Notes: generated by a model from the sequence alone, not told the origin. A DNA stretch of 64,000 nucleotides from Candidatus Hydrogenedentota bacterium (GCA_034669905.1 JAXMOL010000001.1:224001-288000), one strand, 5' to 3'; numbered from the stretch's first letter, positions 1 through 10,282 are shown. Translations and numbers: made by a program.

Positions 1-711
1 CATGCGGACAGCCTTATCCCCACGGTGCAGCAGTATGGGGCGCTGAGTCTGGTGGAAAAAGATCCCGACTATATCGTCTGCTACGGGGGCGATGGCACCC
101 TGCTGGCCGCCGAATTACGCTGGCCCGGCATCCCCAAGTTGCCCGTGCGCAACAGCCGCAGAGGCCACCGCTGTATCCCTCACCCCGCCGATGAGGTCTT
201 CGAAGGACTCATTGCCGGTGCCCTGGTCGAAAACCACTACACCAAGATCGAGGGTGAAATTCTGCGGGAAGGCAAGCGCCTTTATCCCGACACCATCGTT
301 GCCCTCAATGAATTTAACGTGCACATGGGGCTCATCAACAGCGCGGTTCGTTTTCAGCTCTGGCTCAACGGCGACCCCTACGAAGAAGGACTCGAAGTCC
401 TCGGTGACGGCTTTGTCGTGTGCACTCCCTTTGGCAGCACGGCCTACTTTGCCCAGATTACCCGGGGCATCTTTACCCGAGGCATTGGTATCGCCTTTAA
501 GTCTACCAATGCCCACGTAGACCATCTGGTCCTGCCCGATGACACGGAATGCCGCATCCAGATTACCCGGGGGCCGGCGGTGCTCGCCTTCGACAGCGCG
601 GATGAATATGTCCATATGGAAGAGGGCGACGAGTTGATGGTCCGAAAGCATGCCCTGGGGGCTACGATTCTGACCTGTGGCCCGCCGAAACAGTTGGAAC
701 AGCCCTTTTAG
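1..711 (+). CDS. NAD(+) kinase; 5' end probably truncated by the window edge
   Basis: GGDGT motif, ALNE motif and GDG..VCTPFGSTAY motif typical of NAD kinases. The frame is open from position 1. Confidence 0.85.
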   Translation, partial: HADSLIPTVQQYGALSLVEKDPDYIVCYGGDGTLLAAELRWPGIPKLPVRNSRRGHRCIPHPADEVFEGLIAGALVENHYTKIEGEILREGKRLYPDTIVALNEFNVHMGLINSAVRFQLWLNGDPYEEGLEVLGDGFVVCTPFGSTAYFAQITRGIFTRGIGIAFKSTNAHVDHLVLPDDTECRIQITRGPAVLAFDSADEYVHMEEGDELMVRKHALGATILTCGPPKQLEQPF

Positions 712-725
712 CGGGTGGACGATTA

Positions 726-760
726 GAAGGACCAAAAGGACGGAAACGACCTGAAGGACC
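726..760 (+). repeat. 9-nt periodic intergenic repeat, AAGGACNNN-type
   Basis: gaaggaccaaaaggacggaaacgacctgaaggacc; near-identical copy at 61941-61977. Confidence 0.8.
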
Positions 761-899
761 TGTAGGGCTTGCAGTCCCGATCGCGGGCCTGTCCGATTCG
801 CGAGGCCCCCTTCTGCCCCAGTTTGGACGTGGCCCTCCCATTCCGTATACTGCCTGTCAGTGGGCTGCGCGTGTGTGCGCCCGGTGGAAAGGTGGATTC

Positions 900-1397
900 A
901 TGACCGAAGAATATGTGCGCCCCTCGTGGGACGATTATTTCATGGAAGTAGCCAACACGATTGCGAAGCGGGCGACCTGCGACCGGGGCCGCAGTGGCTG
1001 TGTGATTGCGCGGGAACAACAGCTGCTGGTCACCGGCTATGTGGGATCTCCCACGGGCCTCCCCCACTGCGACGAAGTGGGACACTTTTTCAAGAAAGTC
1101 GAGCATGACGACGGCAGTGTAACCCAGCACTGTGTGCGCACGGTGCACGCGGAACAGAATGCCATTTGCCAGGCGGCAAAGCTTGGGGTGTCCCTGCGCG
1201 GCGCGACCCTCTATTGCCGGATGACCCCCTGTCGCGTCTGTGCCATGCTCATCATCAACTGTGGCATCAAACGCGTTGTGTGCGAGAAGAAGTACCACGC
1301 CGGCTCGGAATCGGAAGCCATGTTCGCCGAGGTGGGCATTGCGCTGGAATATAAGAACAATGAGGTACTGAGTTACGAAGGACAGAACGTCACCTGA
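900..1397 (+). CDS. dCMP deaminase / ComEB-like cytidine-deoxycytidylate deaminase
   Basis: RPSWDDYFM N-terminus, HAEQNAI and PCRVC zinc motifs. ATG at 900 follows an AAGGTGG RBS-like sequence. Confidence 0.92.
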   Translation: MTEEYVRPSWDDYFMEVANTIAKRATCDRGRSGCVIAREQQLLVTGYVGSPTGLPHCDEVGHFFKKVEHDDGSVTQHCVRTVHAEQNAICQAAKLGVSLRGATLYCRMTPCRVCAMLIINCGIKRVVCEKKYHAGSESEAMFAEVGIALEYKNNEVLSYEGQNVT

Positions 1398-1490
1398 GGG
1401 ACCTTCGCCGTCTTGCACCTACCCCCGCAAGCCAGTACACTAATCTATTCGACCTTTGACCCCTACGATACGAACAAGGAGTATTGCATC

Positions 1491-2453
1491 ATGGCCGACC
1501 ACTTGAGCCGCCGTGGATTTATAAAGTCAACGACCGCCGCGGGTGCCGCACTGGGTGCCGCCGGTATGGCGGCCACTCCGACCGCCTCGGCTAAGCCCGC
1601 CGCCGCCCGCTACCAGGACGGCCTGAGCCCCTGGCCCCTTTCCATGAACACGAGCACCATCCGACCGGCCTCCTTGCAGGACAAGATCAAGGTCACGGCG
1701 GAAGCGGGCTGGGATGCCATCGAGCCCTGGATCGACGACATCAACAAGTATGAAGAAGAGGGCGGCGACCTGAAGGCCCTGGGGAAAGAAATCAAGGATC
1801 GCGGACTCTATGTGCCCAACGTCATCGGCCTGTGGGGCTGCATGCCGGGCACCCAGGAAGAATGGGACGCCTCCCTGGAAGCCACCCGCAAGCGCATGCG
1901 TCAGTGCGCGGACATTGGCTCCCAGCACGTGGCCGCCATCCCCGCGCCCGACCGGGCCGATTTCGACATCAAATGGGGCGCCGAGCGCTACCGCGACCTG
2001 CTCAAGATTGGCCGCGAAGAATATGGCATTACGGTGGCCTTTGAATTCATCGGATTCCTGAAAGGCATCTACCGCTTTGGACAGGCCTGTGCCATTGCGC
2101 TCGACTCCAACGACCCGACGGCCTGCCTGATCAATGACACCTTCCACCTGTGGCGCGGCGGCTCGGGCTTCAACAATCTTGGAAAGATTGATGGCTGCCT
2201 CATTGCCAATTTCCACTGGAACGATGTGCCGGCCAGCACGGAGCGTGAAGGCGCGGGTGATGACGTCCGGGTCTATCCGGGTGATGGCGACCTGCCGCTG
2301 GAACAGGCCCTCCGTGACCTCAAGCGAATCGGCTACGACAAGACCCTGTCGCTCGAAGTCTTTAACCGCGAGTACTGGAAACAGGACCCCAAGGTGGTCT
2401 CTGAAACCGGGCTGCGCAAGATGCGGGAATGCATCGAGCGTGCGCAGGTCTAG
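1491..2453 (+). CDS. Tat-exported sugar phosphate isomerase/epimerase (xylose-isomerase-like TIM barrel)
   Basis: SRRGFIK twin-arginine signal; FEF, DTFH, HWND, PGDG and SLEVF motifs; AAGGAG RBS. Confidence 0.85.
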   Translation: MADHLSRRGFIKSTTAAGAALGAAGMAATPTASAKPAAARYQDGLSPWPLSMNTSTIRPASLQDKIKVTAEAGWDAIEPWIDDINKYEEEGGDLKALGKEIKDRGLYVPNVIGLWGCMPGTQEEWDASLEATRKRMRQCADIGSQHVAAIPAPDRADFDIKWGAERYRDLLKIGREEYGITVAFEFIGFLKGIYRFGQACAIALDSNDPTACLINDTFHLWRGGSGFNNLGKIDGCLIANFHWNDVPASTEREGAGDDVRVYPGDGDLPLEQALRDLKRIGYDKTLSLEVFNREYWKQDPKVVSETGLRKMRECIERAQV

Positions 2454-2589
2454 AGCACCGCACGCCGAAATCCTATCTACCATCATACGCGGGTGGGTTA
2501 GTCCAATCGGGATTAGCCCACCCCCGTTGTATACTACCCGCCAAGACACCCGACAACCCCACGCATTATGACCCTCCAGGAGGTGCTCC

Positions 2590-3522
2590 ATGCCCAAATG
2601 GCTGAAAATCCTACTCGCAATTCCCCTCCTCCTGGTGGCCCTGCCCGTCACCGCCCTGATTGTACTGGCCCTCTTCAACGGCCGCATTGGCATCGAAACC
2701 AACTACCGCACGAGCGCTTCCCTGGCCGAGCCGCCCGCCCCCTTAGCGGCGCCGCTCACGCTGAAGGTCGTTACCTTCAACATCCAGGATCTCCCCTGGG
2801 TCAGTGAAGAGCGGCCCCGGCGCATGCGGGGTATTGGGGCCGTGCTGAACATCCTCGACCCCGACATCGTGGGCTTTCAGGAATCCTTCGTGGAGGAGGA
2901 CCGGGACATCCTGTTGAAGGAGCTGGCCAACACGCGCCTCCAACACCATCAGTATTATCCCAGCGCCACGGGCGGCAGCGGACTGCTCATTTCGAGTGCC
3001 TTTCCCATCGCCGAGGTCTACTTCCACCGTTTCTCCGTCTCCAATCCCGCCTACAAACTCTGGGAAGGCGACTGGTGGGCCGGTAAGGGCGTTGCCTTGG
3101 CCCGGGTCACCCTGCCCGAAGGAGGCCAGCTCGACTTTTACAACACCCACGCCCAGGCCGGTTATGGCAACCCCGACTATGACATCGTCCGCACGCAGCA
3201 AATGACTGAGCTCGCCGATTTCGTCACGAAGAGCCAGGTCCCCACAACCCCCACGCTGGTCGTCGGTGATATGAATTGCCGACCGGGCGACGCGGATTAT
3301 GAAACGGCCGTGAGGGGTGCCGGGCTGGAGCGCATGATGGCGGAGGATTCGCGGATTGATCACATTTTCGCGATGAAGAACCGCCACTATACCTTTCGAG
3401 TCGTAGAAACAACGCCCATTGAACAGACGGTCAAATTGGGCGAGAAGACGCTTTCCCTGAGCGACCACACGGGCTGGATGAGCACGATTGAGATAGTGCC
3501 TGCTGGAGATACCCCGCAATAA
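2590..3522 (+). CDS. Endonuclease/exonuclease/phosphatase family protein, neutral sphingomyelinase-like, with N-terminal membrane anchor
   Basis: TFNI, FQE, GSGL, KG, NTH, GDMN, RIDHIF and SDH motifs; AGGAGG RBS. Confidence 0.85.
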   Translation: MPKWLKILLAIPLLLVALPVTALIVLALFNGRIGIETNYRTSASLAEPPAPLAAPLTLKVVTFNIQDLPWVSEERPRRMRGIGAVLNILDPDIVGFQESFVEEDRDILLKELANTRLQHHQYYPSATGGSGLLISSAFPIAEVYFHRFSVSNPAYKLWEGDWWAGKGVALARVTLPEGGQLDFYNTHAQAGYGNPDYDIVRTQQMTELADFVTKSQVPTTPTLVVGDMNCRPGDADYETAVRGAGLERMMAEDSRIDHIFAMKNRHYTFRVVETTPIEQTVKLGEKTLSLSDHTGWMSTIEIVPAGDTPQ

Positions 3523-3581
3523 GGGAAAGCACCAATCTACCGCCAAGCATGAAGCCAATCCCGTCGGCACCCCCGTTGTGG

Positions 3582-4190
3582 CTACATGTTGTTCCGAATA
3601 CCCCAGAACCCCGAGAGCACCTTGAGCGACAAAACTGCCACGCAGGCCCAGAGCAGGTAATCAATCGTGCCGGGCCACCACCAGGTCTCCACGATGAACC
3701 ATCCATAGACGTAGAAGCGGGGACGGAAGAGCCAGGAGTAGGGGGCCTTCAACGCGTTGCGCGCCATGGCGAAGAGCACGACGACCGTGTAGGTCGTGAT
3801 GTATAACACGCCCGGCAACATGGCCACCACATCGAGGTGCATGAGGGTAATGGTGGAGGCGGCGATGACGGCCTGGTCAGCCATACTGTCGGTAAAAGAA
3901 CCCATCCGGGAATCGGTGCCCAGATAACGAGCCAGGGGGCCGTCCAGTCCGTCTATCACCACGTGGAGCACCAGGCAGACCATCGCCCAGACCGGAAAGC
4001 TCACATAGATCGGACAAAAGGCGAGCCCTGCCAGCAGGGAAAGAATGGTCAGGTGGTCGGGGGTGATCTTGCAGGCCGCAAGGAGACGCAAGAGGGGCGC
4101 GAAGAGCCCTGCACGCCATTGCTGGGTGCGCACCATCCACGCCCGCTCCCGTGCGGCATAGACATCAGCCTTGTCTTGGTTATCGCTCAT
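3582..4190 (-). CDS. CDP-alcohol phosphatidyltransferase family protein
   Basis: ITPDHLT and DGLDGPLAR...GSFTDSMAD signature; hydrophobic segments. Confidence 0.88.
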   Translation of the reverse strand: MSDNQDKADVYAARERAWMVRTQQWRAGLFAPLLRLLAACKITPDHLTILSLLAGLAFCPIYVSFPVWAMVCLVLHVVIDGLDGPLARYLGTDSRMGSFTDSMADQAVIAASTITLMHLDVVAMLPGVLYITTYTVVVLFAMARNALKAPYSWLFRPRFYVYGWFIVETWWWPGTIDYLLWACVAVLSLKVLSGFWGIRNNM

Positions 4191-4201
4191 TGCTGGTCCT
4201 T

Positions 4202-5059
4202 CTACCGCCTGAGAGCACGGACAAGCCGGTTAAAATTATTCTTGACCAGGAGCGAGTAACGGTTTCCCCGTTGATAGGGCAGGGCCTCAACAATCATGAA
4301 GGTCACATCATCCTGCATGTCGTCCGCGTTCCCCGTGTGCGCTGCCAGGACGCGTTGGATGGTCCCCAGACAGCCATCTATCGACACATTGCTTCCGGGT
4401 AGCCCTTCCGAAGTCCAAAGGGACGCACCCAACTGGGTCCGCTGCTCATTAAACGCCTCGGTCAGGCCATCGGTATGAATCAACAGGCGGTCTCCGGGTC
4501 TTAATTGGGTTCGTCCCATAGTGAAGTCGGCGGTGCCATCGACGGCCAGCGGAACATTGCTCAACCGGTTGCTGCTGTCCCGCTCCAGGCGCAAGGGTTC
4601 CCAGGTGTCTCTCCCGGCCCGGCATATCCGTATCGGCGGATGGCCTGCGTTGCAATAGGCCAATCGCCCATTGAGTGAGTTATAGCTGAGGCAAATGGCG
4701 GTGGACATAACCTCCAGCCCGCGAGAGGCGGCCCGCTCATTGACTTTGCGAAGGACGGCCGAAGGGTTGGCCCGGTGGATATGGCTCGAAAACACTTCCT
4801 CGAGCCAGGCGCTGAAGGTAGCCACCGAAGAGCCGTGGCCCGTCACATCGGCCACACACATACGCGCAAGGGCACCGGAACCACACGCCGAGAGATAGTA
4901 CAAATCGCCCCCTTGATCGCTCTCCGCCGGTCGGGAATAGAGGCGGCCCCGCAAGCCGGGTATGGCGATGGGCACATCTACCTGACCGTTGCCCCCCCAC
5001 ACTTTCCAGCACACCAGTTCCTGCGCCGGGCGGGCTGTCGTTCCTTGCGATTCGGGCAC
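4202..5059 (-). CDS. Stand-alone PP2C/SpoIIE (RsbU-like) Ser/Thr phosphatase
   Basis: GGDLY, ADVTGHG, NAGHPP, TDGLTEA and DDVT motifs. Confidence 0.9.
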   Translation of the reverse strand: MPESQGTTARPAQELVCWKVWGGNGQVDVPIAIPGLRGRLYSRPAESDQGGDLYYLSACGSGALARMCVADVTGHGSSVATFSAWLEEVFSSHIHRANPSAVLRKVNERAASRGLEVMSTAICLSYNSLNGRLAYCNAGHPPIRICRAGRDTWEPLRLERDSSNRLSNVPLAVDGTADFTMGRTQLRPGDRLLIHTDGLTEAFNEQRTQLGASLWTSEGLPGSNVSIDGCLGTIQRVLAAHTGNADDMQDDVTFMIVEALPYQRGNRYSLLVKNNFNRLVRALRR

Positions 5060-5230
5060 GGACCATTACTCCCTGGGATTCGTAGCTTCGGTGATGAACT
5101 GCGATGGCCCCGTGAGCCACCGGACCACTTCGCAGTGCATAGTTACCATAGCACATTGATTCAGCAGGTGCCGAAGCCATTTGCAGGTGCATGCCCCCCT
5201 TGTTAGAATGCCCAGAGAGAGGGATCCACC

Positions 5231-5863
5231 ATGCTGAATGACCTTAAGAAGATTATAGAAGCCCTGGATGATGACGATGCCGGCTGGGTAGGCCGACGGG
5301 ATGCCGCCGATGCCCTGGGTGAAATCGCGGCCAATGCACTCGCCGCACTGCACGCCCATGCCGATGAAAAAGATGTGGATGTCCGCACGGCCGTCCAAAA
5401 GAGCCTTGCCCGCGCCGGTGTGGGTTCAGGAGGCGCCGCGCCCATCCCCTCGGCAGCCCGCCCGACCCTGAAGGAACTGGCCCAGGCCTGTGAGAAAAAA
5501 ATGAAGCGCGCGGTGAAAGCCAAGGGAAACGGCTTTGTGGTGCGCGTGCAGATGAAAGCCGGGCGCACGCAGGACGTCCTCATCGCCCCGCAGAAGCGAG
5601 AAGATGGCCGGGAACTGCTCCGGGTCTCGACCCAATGCGGTGTGGCCGATGACGAGACCCTCGCCTGGGCCATCCGCCGAAACAGCCAACTCATGTATTG
5701 CGCCTTCAGCGTGGAGCCCCACGGCGAGGTGGAGCACCTGGTCATCGTGAAAAACTTTAACCCCGACTATGTGACGCCCGCTATGGTGAAAGACGCCGTG
5801 AAGGAGATTGCCTTCTACGGCGATTGGCTCGAGAAGAAGCTCTCGGGCGAAGACAACTTTTGA
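5231..5863 (+). CDS. HEAT-repeat protein with a C-terminal YbjN/T3SS-chaperone-like domain
   Basis: N-terminal RRDAADALG / DEKDVDVRTAVQKSL HEAT-like helices. C-terminal GRTQDV...AIRRNSQL...VKEIAFYGDWLEKKLSGEDNF resembles YbjN-like domains. Confidence 0.6.
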   Translation: MLNDLKKIIEALDDDDAGWVGRRDAADALGEIAANALAALHAHADEKDVDVRTAVQKSLARAGVGSGGAAPIPSAARPTLKELAQACEKKMKRAVKAKGNGFVVRVQMKAGRTQDVLIAPQKREDGRELLRVSTQCGVADDETLAWAIRRNSQLMYCAFSVEPHGEVEHLVIVKNFNPDYVTPAMVKDAVKEIAFYGDWLEKKLSGEDNF

Positions 5864-5960
5864 CGGATTGGGTACGGGTCTTCCGGGGCACAACCCGTAA
5901 TCTCATTCACGGTTCAGGGAACTTATTCAGCCCGTTCTATTCCGACTAACCCGCCAGCCA

Positions 5961-6042
5961 ATTCCCCTCCTGGGAGGGGTTAGGGGTGGGTTTGCGGCGT
6001 TCTTCGTGACTTGACCCACCCCCAGCCCCTCCGAGGAGGGGA
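5961..6042. repeat. REP-like palindromic element (CCCCTCC..GGAGGGG family), inverted pair
   Basis: ttcccctcctgggaggggttaggggtgggt ... acccacccccagcccctccgaggagggga; related copies at 48850-48997. Confidence 0.75.
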
Positions 6043-6299
6043 GTGCTATCGGATATTCGTCGAGGAACCCGCTGTAGATTTAAAGGCCTATCTGCGTGCA
6101 TCAGCCCACCACGAACGTCGGGTGCCACGGTCAAGCCCGGTAGGGTTTGCCCATGAGAAGTCGCGAAAGATGGCCCGCGCGCGCACCGCTCCCCGACGTA
6201 CCCGCACCCATAGGGCCGCTCGTACCTCACGTCCGTATAGGTGGCACCCCTACCGTTTCCTTATTGGCGGGAGGGGATTGAGATGAACACGCAGGCGGC

Positions 6300-7031
6300 C
6301 TATTTCAACGGCTCCAGGCGGATGTTTCGGTAGGCCACGGGACCGTGGTCACCCTGAAACATGAGGGGGCCGGTGGCTTGCTCGTCGGTATAGGTCCCGG
6401 AACGGGTCGGCCCTGTCACAGGCTCGTTCTCGTGGATAACCTCGCCATTCAAGACCACTTTCACGAACTCGGCGTCTTTAATCTTCTTGCCGTTTTCGTC
6501 AAAGCGAGGGGCACGAAAAGTAATATCGAAGGCCTGCCATTCGCCGGGTTTCTTTGACGCATTCACCTTGGGGGCCACCCCACCGAAAGAGGGCGCACCG
6601 TTTTTGCCGTTCTGCTCGTAGATGCCGCCACAATCGCTGTACTTCAGTTCTGTCTTGCCCCAGCTGTCAAGGACCTGAATCTCATAGCGGCTCATGAGAT
6701 AGATGCCCGAGTTGGAGCCCTTGGCCACCGCGAACTCCACATGAAGTTGCACGTCGCCATGCTCCACCGCCGAATGGAGATCTGCCGTCTTCCCCTTGTC
6801 CCCATTCACCGCCACCGCCTTGCCCTCGGTCCAGACCAGCCGCTTTTCATCATCGGGCGCGAGGGATACGTCGCCCGCCATGAGCCAATCACCCAGGGGA
6901 GCACGGCATTGGGTCAAGTCCCCCGTGGAGAAGAGATCGACGGGGGCGGCCAGTGTTTCCGCCGATACGAAAGTCGGTGCAATGACCAGCGTGAGAACCC
7001 CGAGAATGGTTGAACGAAAGCGTGAATGCAT
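6300..7031 (-). CDS. DUF1080 (3-keto-disaccharide hydrolase-like) secreted protein
   Basis: Signal peptide; NSGIY, YEIQVLDS, PGEWQ and QGDHGPVAYRNI motifs. Confidence 0.9.
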   Translation of the reverse strand: MHSRFRSTILGVLTLVIAPTFVSAETLAAPVDLFSTGDLTQCRAPLGDWLMAGDVSLAPDDEKRLVWTEGKAVAVNGDKGKTADLHSAVEHGDVQLHVEFAVAKGSNSGIYLMSRYEIQVLDSWGKTELKYSDCGGIYEQNGKNGAPSFGGVAPKVNASKKPGEWQAFDITFRAPRFDENGKKIKDAEFVKVVLNGEVIHENEPVTGPTRSGTYTDEQATGPLMFQGDHGPVAYRNIRLEPLK

Positions 7032-7149
7032 GAGCGTGCCCTTTTTGCGATGTACTACCGGTTTGGTTGATGTGCTGGTTAGTTATCAAGACCCGAGTCT
7101 ACCACGAACAGAGATGACATGTGCACGTATCCGCCTCGGTATTTTGATT

Positions 7150-7265
7150 AACCACAGAGAACGCAAAGAGCACAGAGAAGGTAATGTAGGGGACCCCCAA
7201 TTTGGGCCCTTTCATCAATGAACTTCTGCTATCTCCTTTTTGTGTTCTCTGCGTTCTCTGTGGTT
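7150..7265. repeat. Inverted repeat with about 9-nt internal periodicity (AACCACAGAG family)
   Basis: aaccacagagaacgcaaagagcaca (7150-) pairs with tgtgttctctgcgttctctgtggtt (-7265), 23 of 25 positions matching. Confidence 0.8.
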
Positions 7266-7273
7266 CAAAAAAC

Positions 7274-10200
7274 CTACTTAACCAGCTCCAAGGCCGTCAC
7301 ACACTTCTTCACATGTAAGTCCTGCGCATCGTTAACATTAATATACGGCTGCTTGGGCGAATCTTTCGTGGGCTGTGCCGCGCCGATTTCCCACGCGGCC
7401 CGCGCCTCCTCCGCCTTGCCCAGCTTCGCCAGGGTCTTGCCCTGCCAGTAGCGGAGTTCGGCATCGGTCAACACATAGCGAGCACCCACTTCCAGATACT
7501 CGGGGTAGGTCAACGCCTCGCTAAAATCGGACAGCGCGCCGTCAAGATCTCCCGCTTTAAAGCGGAGCTTCCCCCGACCCAGGAGGGCATCCTCAAAAAT
7601 ATCGTGGGGACGGGTGGAACCTTCAAAGTTGGTAAAAGTCGAGTTCTTCAGCAGGCTCAGACAGTCGTCAAAACGCCCTTCATCGACGTAGGCCCGGGCA
7701 CGCCACAGCACGATATCAAAGCGTGCGGGTACGGCTTCGGGCATCCCTTCGAGCAGGGCGATGGCCTCCCCTTTTTTCTCATCCGCCGCTAAAATCTGGG
7801 ACAGGTCCCGATAGAGCATCTGATCTTCCGGGCTTGCTGCGATGGCCTTACGATAGCGGGCCGCCGCCGTGACGAGGTCTTTTTCCACCTTCCACGCATC
7901 GAGTCCCAGCAGGCGCTCGGGGATACTTCCACCGCCCTGGGCGACCGCAGTCTTCCAATGGGCCACCGCATCACTGCGGTTGTAGAGGCCCGCCTCGAGC
8001 ATCCCCTGCAGGGTTGCGACCAGCGCACTGTCGGGTTGCTGTTTCGCAGCCCATGCAAGCACGGGGCGCATCTCAGGCCGCGCAGGGAAGTCCAGCCCCA
8101 AGGCCATTCCTTCGAGTTGCGAAAGGGTCGTCGCCCCGCCCGATTCGTCCCCGGCCCTGGCCTGACACCAGGCATGGGCCAACAGTGGAATGGGGCCATA
8201 TCCTGTGTCGGTCTGACGCGCCCCTTCCAGTATCGTGGCGGCTTCTTCGTAGAGCCCAAGGTTAGTGAAAAAGGTGACGACCTCCATCAGGGTGAAGACG
8301 CGCTCGCCACTTTCCTGCTCCCAGAAGGCCAATGCCCCTTCTCCCTCCGCCGGGTCCGCCACGGCCGCGAGGGCGTGGAGCATGAAGTCCGTTGGGTCCA
8401 CCGCATCACGGAGGGGTTCCAGGTCGGCGATGATCGCTTCTCCGTTGGCGTAGCGGGCAGCCAACCACCAGTCGCGGTATCGGCTGTTTTCTGGTGCAAG
8501 ATGATGGGCCTCGGCAAAGGCTGCCACGGCCGCCGAAGATTCTTTCTGCAACATCTTCGCCCGCCCCACGAGACTATAGCCCCGCGCGATGTCTTCCGAA
8601 CCCTGCACCACCTTGTAACCACTCACGATGGCGTCATCCGCCTGGCCCAAAGCCAATTGGGCAGCCCCTTGCAGATACCACGCGTCGGAAGATTCTTCAT
8701 CCACCCGGATGGCCTTTTTCGTTTGCCCGATGCAGCCATCATAATCGCCCCGCTCCAACAAAAGGGTCGCGAGGGCATTCAAGGCGTCCACATGGCCCGG
8801 CGAAACGGCCAGCACTTCTTCGTACTTCTCCCGCGCAGCCTCGGGACGATTCTTGCGGTCGAGCAATTGGGCGCCCATGAAGAGCTGGGTGTCCTCGGGC
8901 AGGGTCTTCTGCCAGGCGGCTTCCCCTTCGAGATCGGGCGCATCCACCGGCGTGATGGCGAGGGGCGTGGCATAGGCGAGAAGGGTGTTGCCCGCGCTGT
9001 CCCTGACGGTGATATCAATGGGACCGTCGGGCACATCCGCGAGGGATTCCATGTGGGAATCCAGGGGCGACAGGTCGAGGGTCTTTTCGGCCAACACCCG
9101 TTCACCCTGAGACAGGGTCAATCGCGCACCGGTAAATTCGGCGGTAGCGATGAGGGCCAGATTGAGCGCGCCCCCTTCTCGTTTGGCGTTGACGGCCACA
9201 TCGCGGTTGGCAAACTCGAAACCATCGCCCAGGCCATGAACAGGATACCAGTATTCCCGCCAGCTGATTTCCTCGTGGGGCTTGAGGAAGCCATAGTCCG
9301 CCTGGGTCAGGAGGGGCCCGGTCTGGACTTCGATATAGGGCGCTTCCTCCCGGTTGCCATCGGTGAGGCCCATCTGGCTCATGACGCCAAAGTCGTCCTC
9401 GCCCCAGGTCCACGCTTTTTTACCCTGCACAATGTGGTGGTTGGCGTGGGAAACAATGCCCCGATCGAGGTCCACGTCATAGGCCCCGAAGAAATCCTGG
9501 TCGCAACCATAGGCGAAAACCGAGGCCATGGTGGGGTAGTTTTTCAGATAGGTCATGTCCACGCCGTCGTTCACGGGCCATGTAAAAAACTCATCCCCGT
9601 TGTGATTGCTCCCGAGGGACATGGGATAGATGAAACGGGTGCTGTCGAGGTTGAGGAAGGCCGTGTTGTTCCAGAAATAATAGGTGTGGGTACCGTCCGT
9701 CGGATTAAACATGCGGATGGATTCATCGAGGTAGGCCTTGCCGGGGTGGAGCGTCACGCGCACGGTCCAGCGGGTGCGAAACATCTTTTCTGTGTTACCG
9801 ATGACCAGGGTGGCGGAGCCGTCATCATTTTTCACGATCGTGGCATCCACCGGCGACACGATGGTGACGGTGTGCCCCTGGGGCCCCACGTTCCACTCGA
9901 TGCCCCCGGCAATCCACGCGCCCCGCATGGCAATGAGCGCGGGCTTGATCACACCGGGATTGTGAAACATCTCTTCGTTGGTGGTCTTGTCCCACACCGA
10001 GTGGATACGCCCGCCCAGCTCGGGGAGGCAGGTAATTTTGAGGTATTCGTTTTCCAGGTAAAGGGCCCGATAGGTACGCATCACTTTCTCGTCGAGAAGG
10101 TGATCCTGTCGGGTGTAGGGATAATAGATGCGGCCTTCGTATTCCTGGTAGACCGGGTTGGGGTCGTCAATCCAGGGATAGGTCGGGAGGTCGAGGGTGC

Positions 10201-10282
10201 CTTCCCAGGCGCGGACCGGCTCGGCTTGGGTTGGCGCGGCCACGGCGAAGACTACAAGTAACACGGCAAGTAAACGAGTCAT
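7274..10282 (-). CDS. DUF5107 domain and TPR-repeat secreted protein
   Basis: Signal peptide; LENEYLKITCLPELGGRIHS and GAWIAGGIEWN motifs; GKKAWTWG; long helical TPR-like C-terminal half. Confidence 0.85.
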   Translation of the reverse strand: MTRLLAVLLVVFAVAAPTQAEPVRAWEGTLDLPTYPWIDDPNPVYQEYEGRIYYPYTRQDHLLDEKVMRTYRALYLENEYLKITCLPELGGRIHSVWDKTTNEEMFHNPGVIKPALIAMRGAWIAGGIEWNVGPQGHTVTIVSPVDATIVKNDDGSATLVIGNTEKMFRTRWTVRVTLHPGKAYLDESIRMFNPTDGTHTYYFWNNTAFLNLDSTRFIYPMSLGSNHNGDEFFTWPVNDGVDMTYLKNYPTMASVFAYGCDQDFFGAYDVDLDRGIVSHANHHIVQGKKAWTWGEDDFGVMSQMGLTDGNREEAPYIEVQTGPLLTQADYGFLKPHEEISWREYWYPVHGLGDGFEFANRDVAVNAKREGGALNLALIATAEFTGARLTLSQGERVLAEKTLDLSPLDSHMESLADVPDGPIDITVRDSAGNTLLAYATPLAITPVDAPDLEGEAAWQKTLPEDTQLFMGAQLLDRKNRPEAAREKYEEVLAVSPGHVDALNALATLLLERGDYDGCIGQTKKAIRVDEESSDAWYLQGAAQLALGQADDAIVSGYKVVQGSEDIARGYSLVGRAKMLQKESSAAVAAFAEAHHLAPENSRYRDWWLAARYANGEAIIADLEPLRDAVDPTDFMLHALAAVADPAEGEGALAFWEQESGERVFTLMEVVTFFTNLGLYEEAATILEGARQTDTGYGPIPLLAHAWCQARAGDESGGATTLSQLEGMALGLDFPARPEMRPVLAWAAKQQPDSALVATLQGMLEAGLYNRSDAVAHWKTAVAQGGGSIPERLLGLDAWKVEKDLVTAAARYRKAIAASPEDQMLYRDLSQILAADEKKGEAIALLEGMPEAVPARFDIVLWRARAYVDEGRFDDCLSLLKNSTFTNFEGSTRPHDIFEDALLGRGKLRFKAGDLDGALSDFSEALTYPEYLEVGARYVLTDAELRYWQGKTLAKLGKAEEARAAWEIGAAQPTKDSPKQPYINVNDAQDLHVKKCVTALELVK

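Noticed and set aside
7958..10261. 767-aa plus-strand ORF
   Set aside because: Antisense to the DUF5107-TPR gene; no independent protein features.
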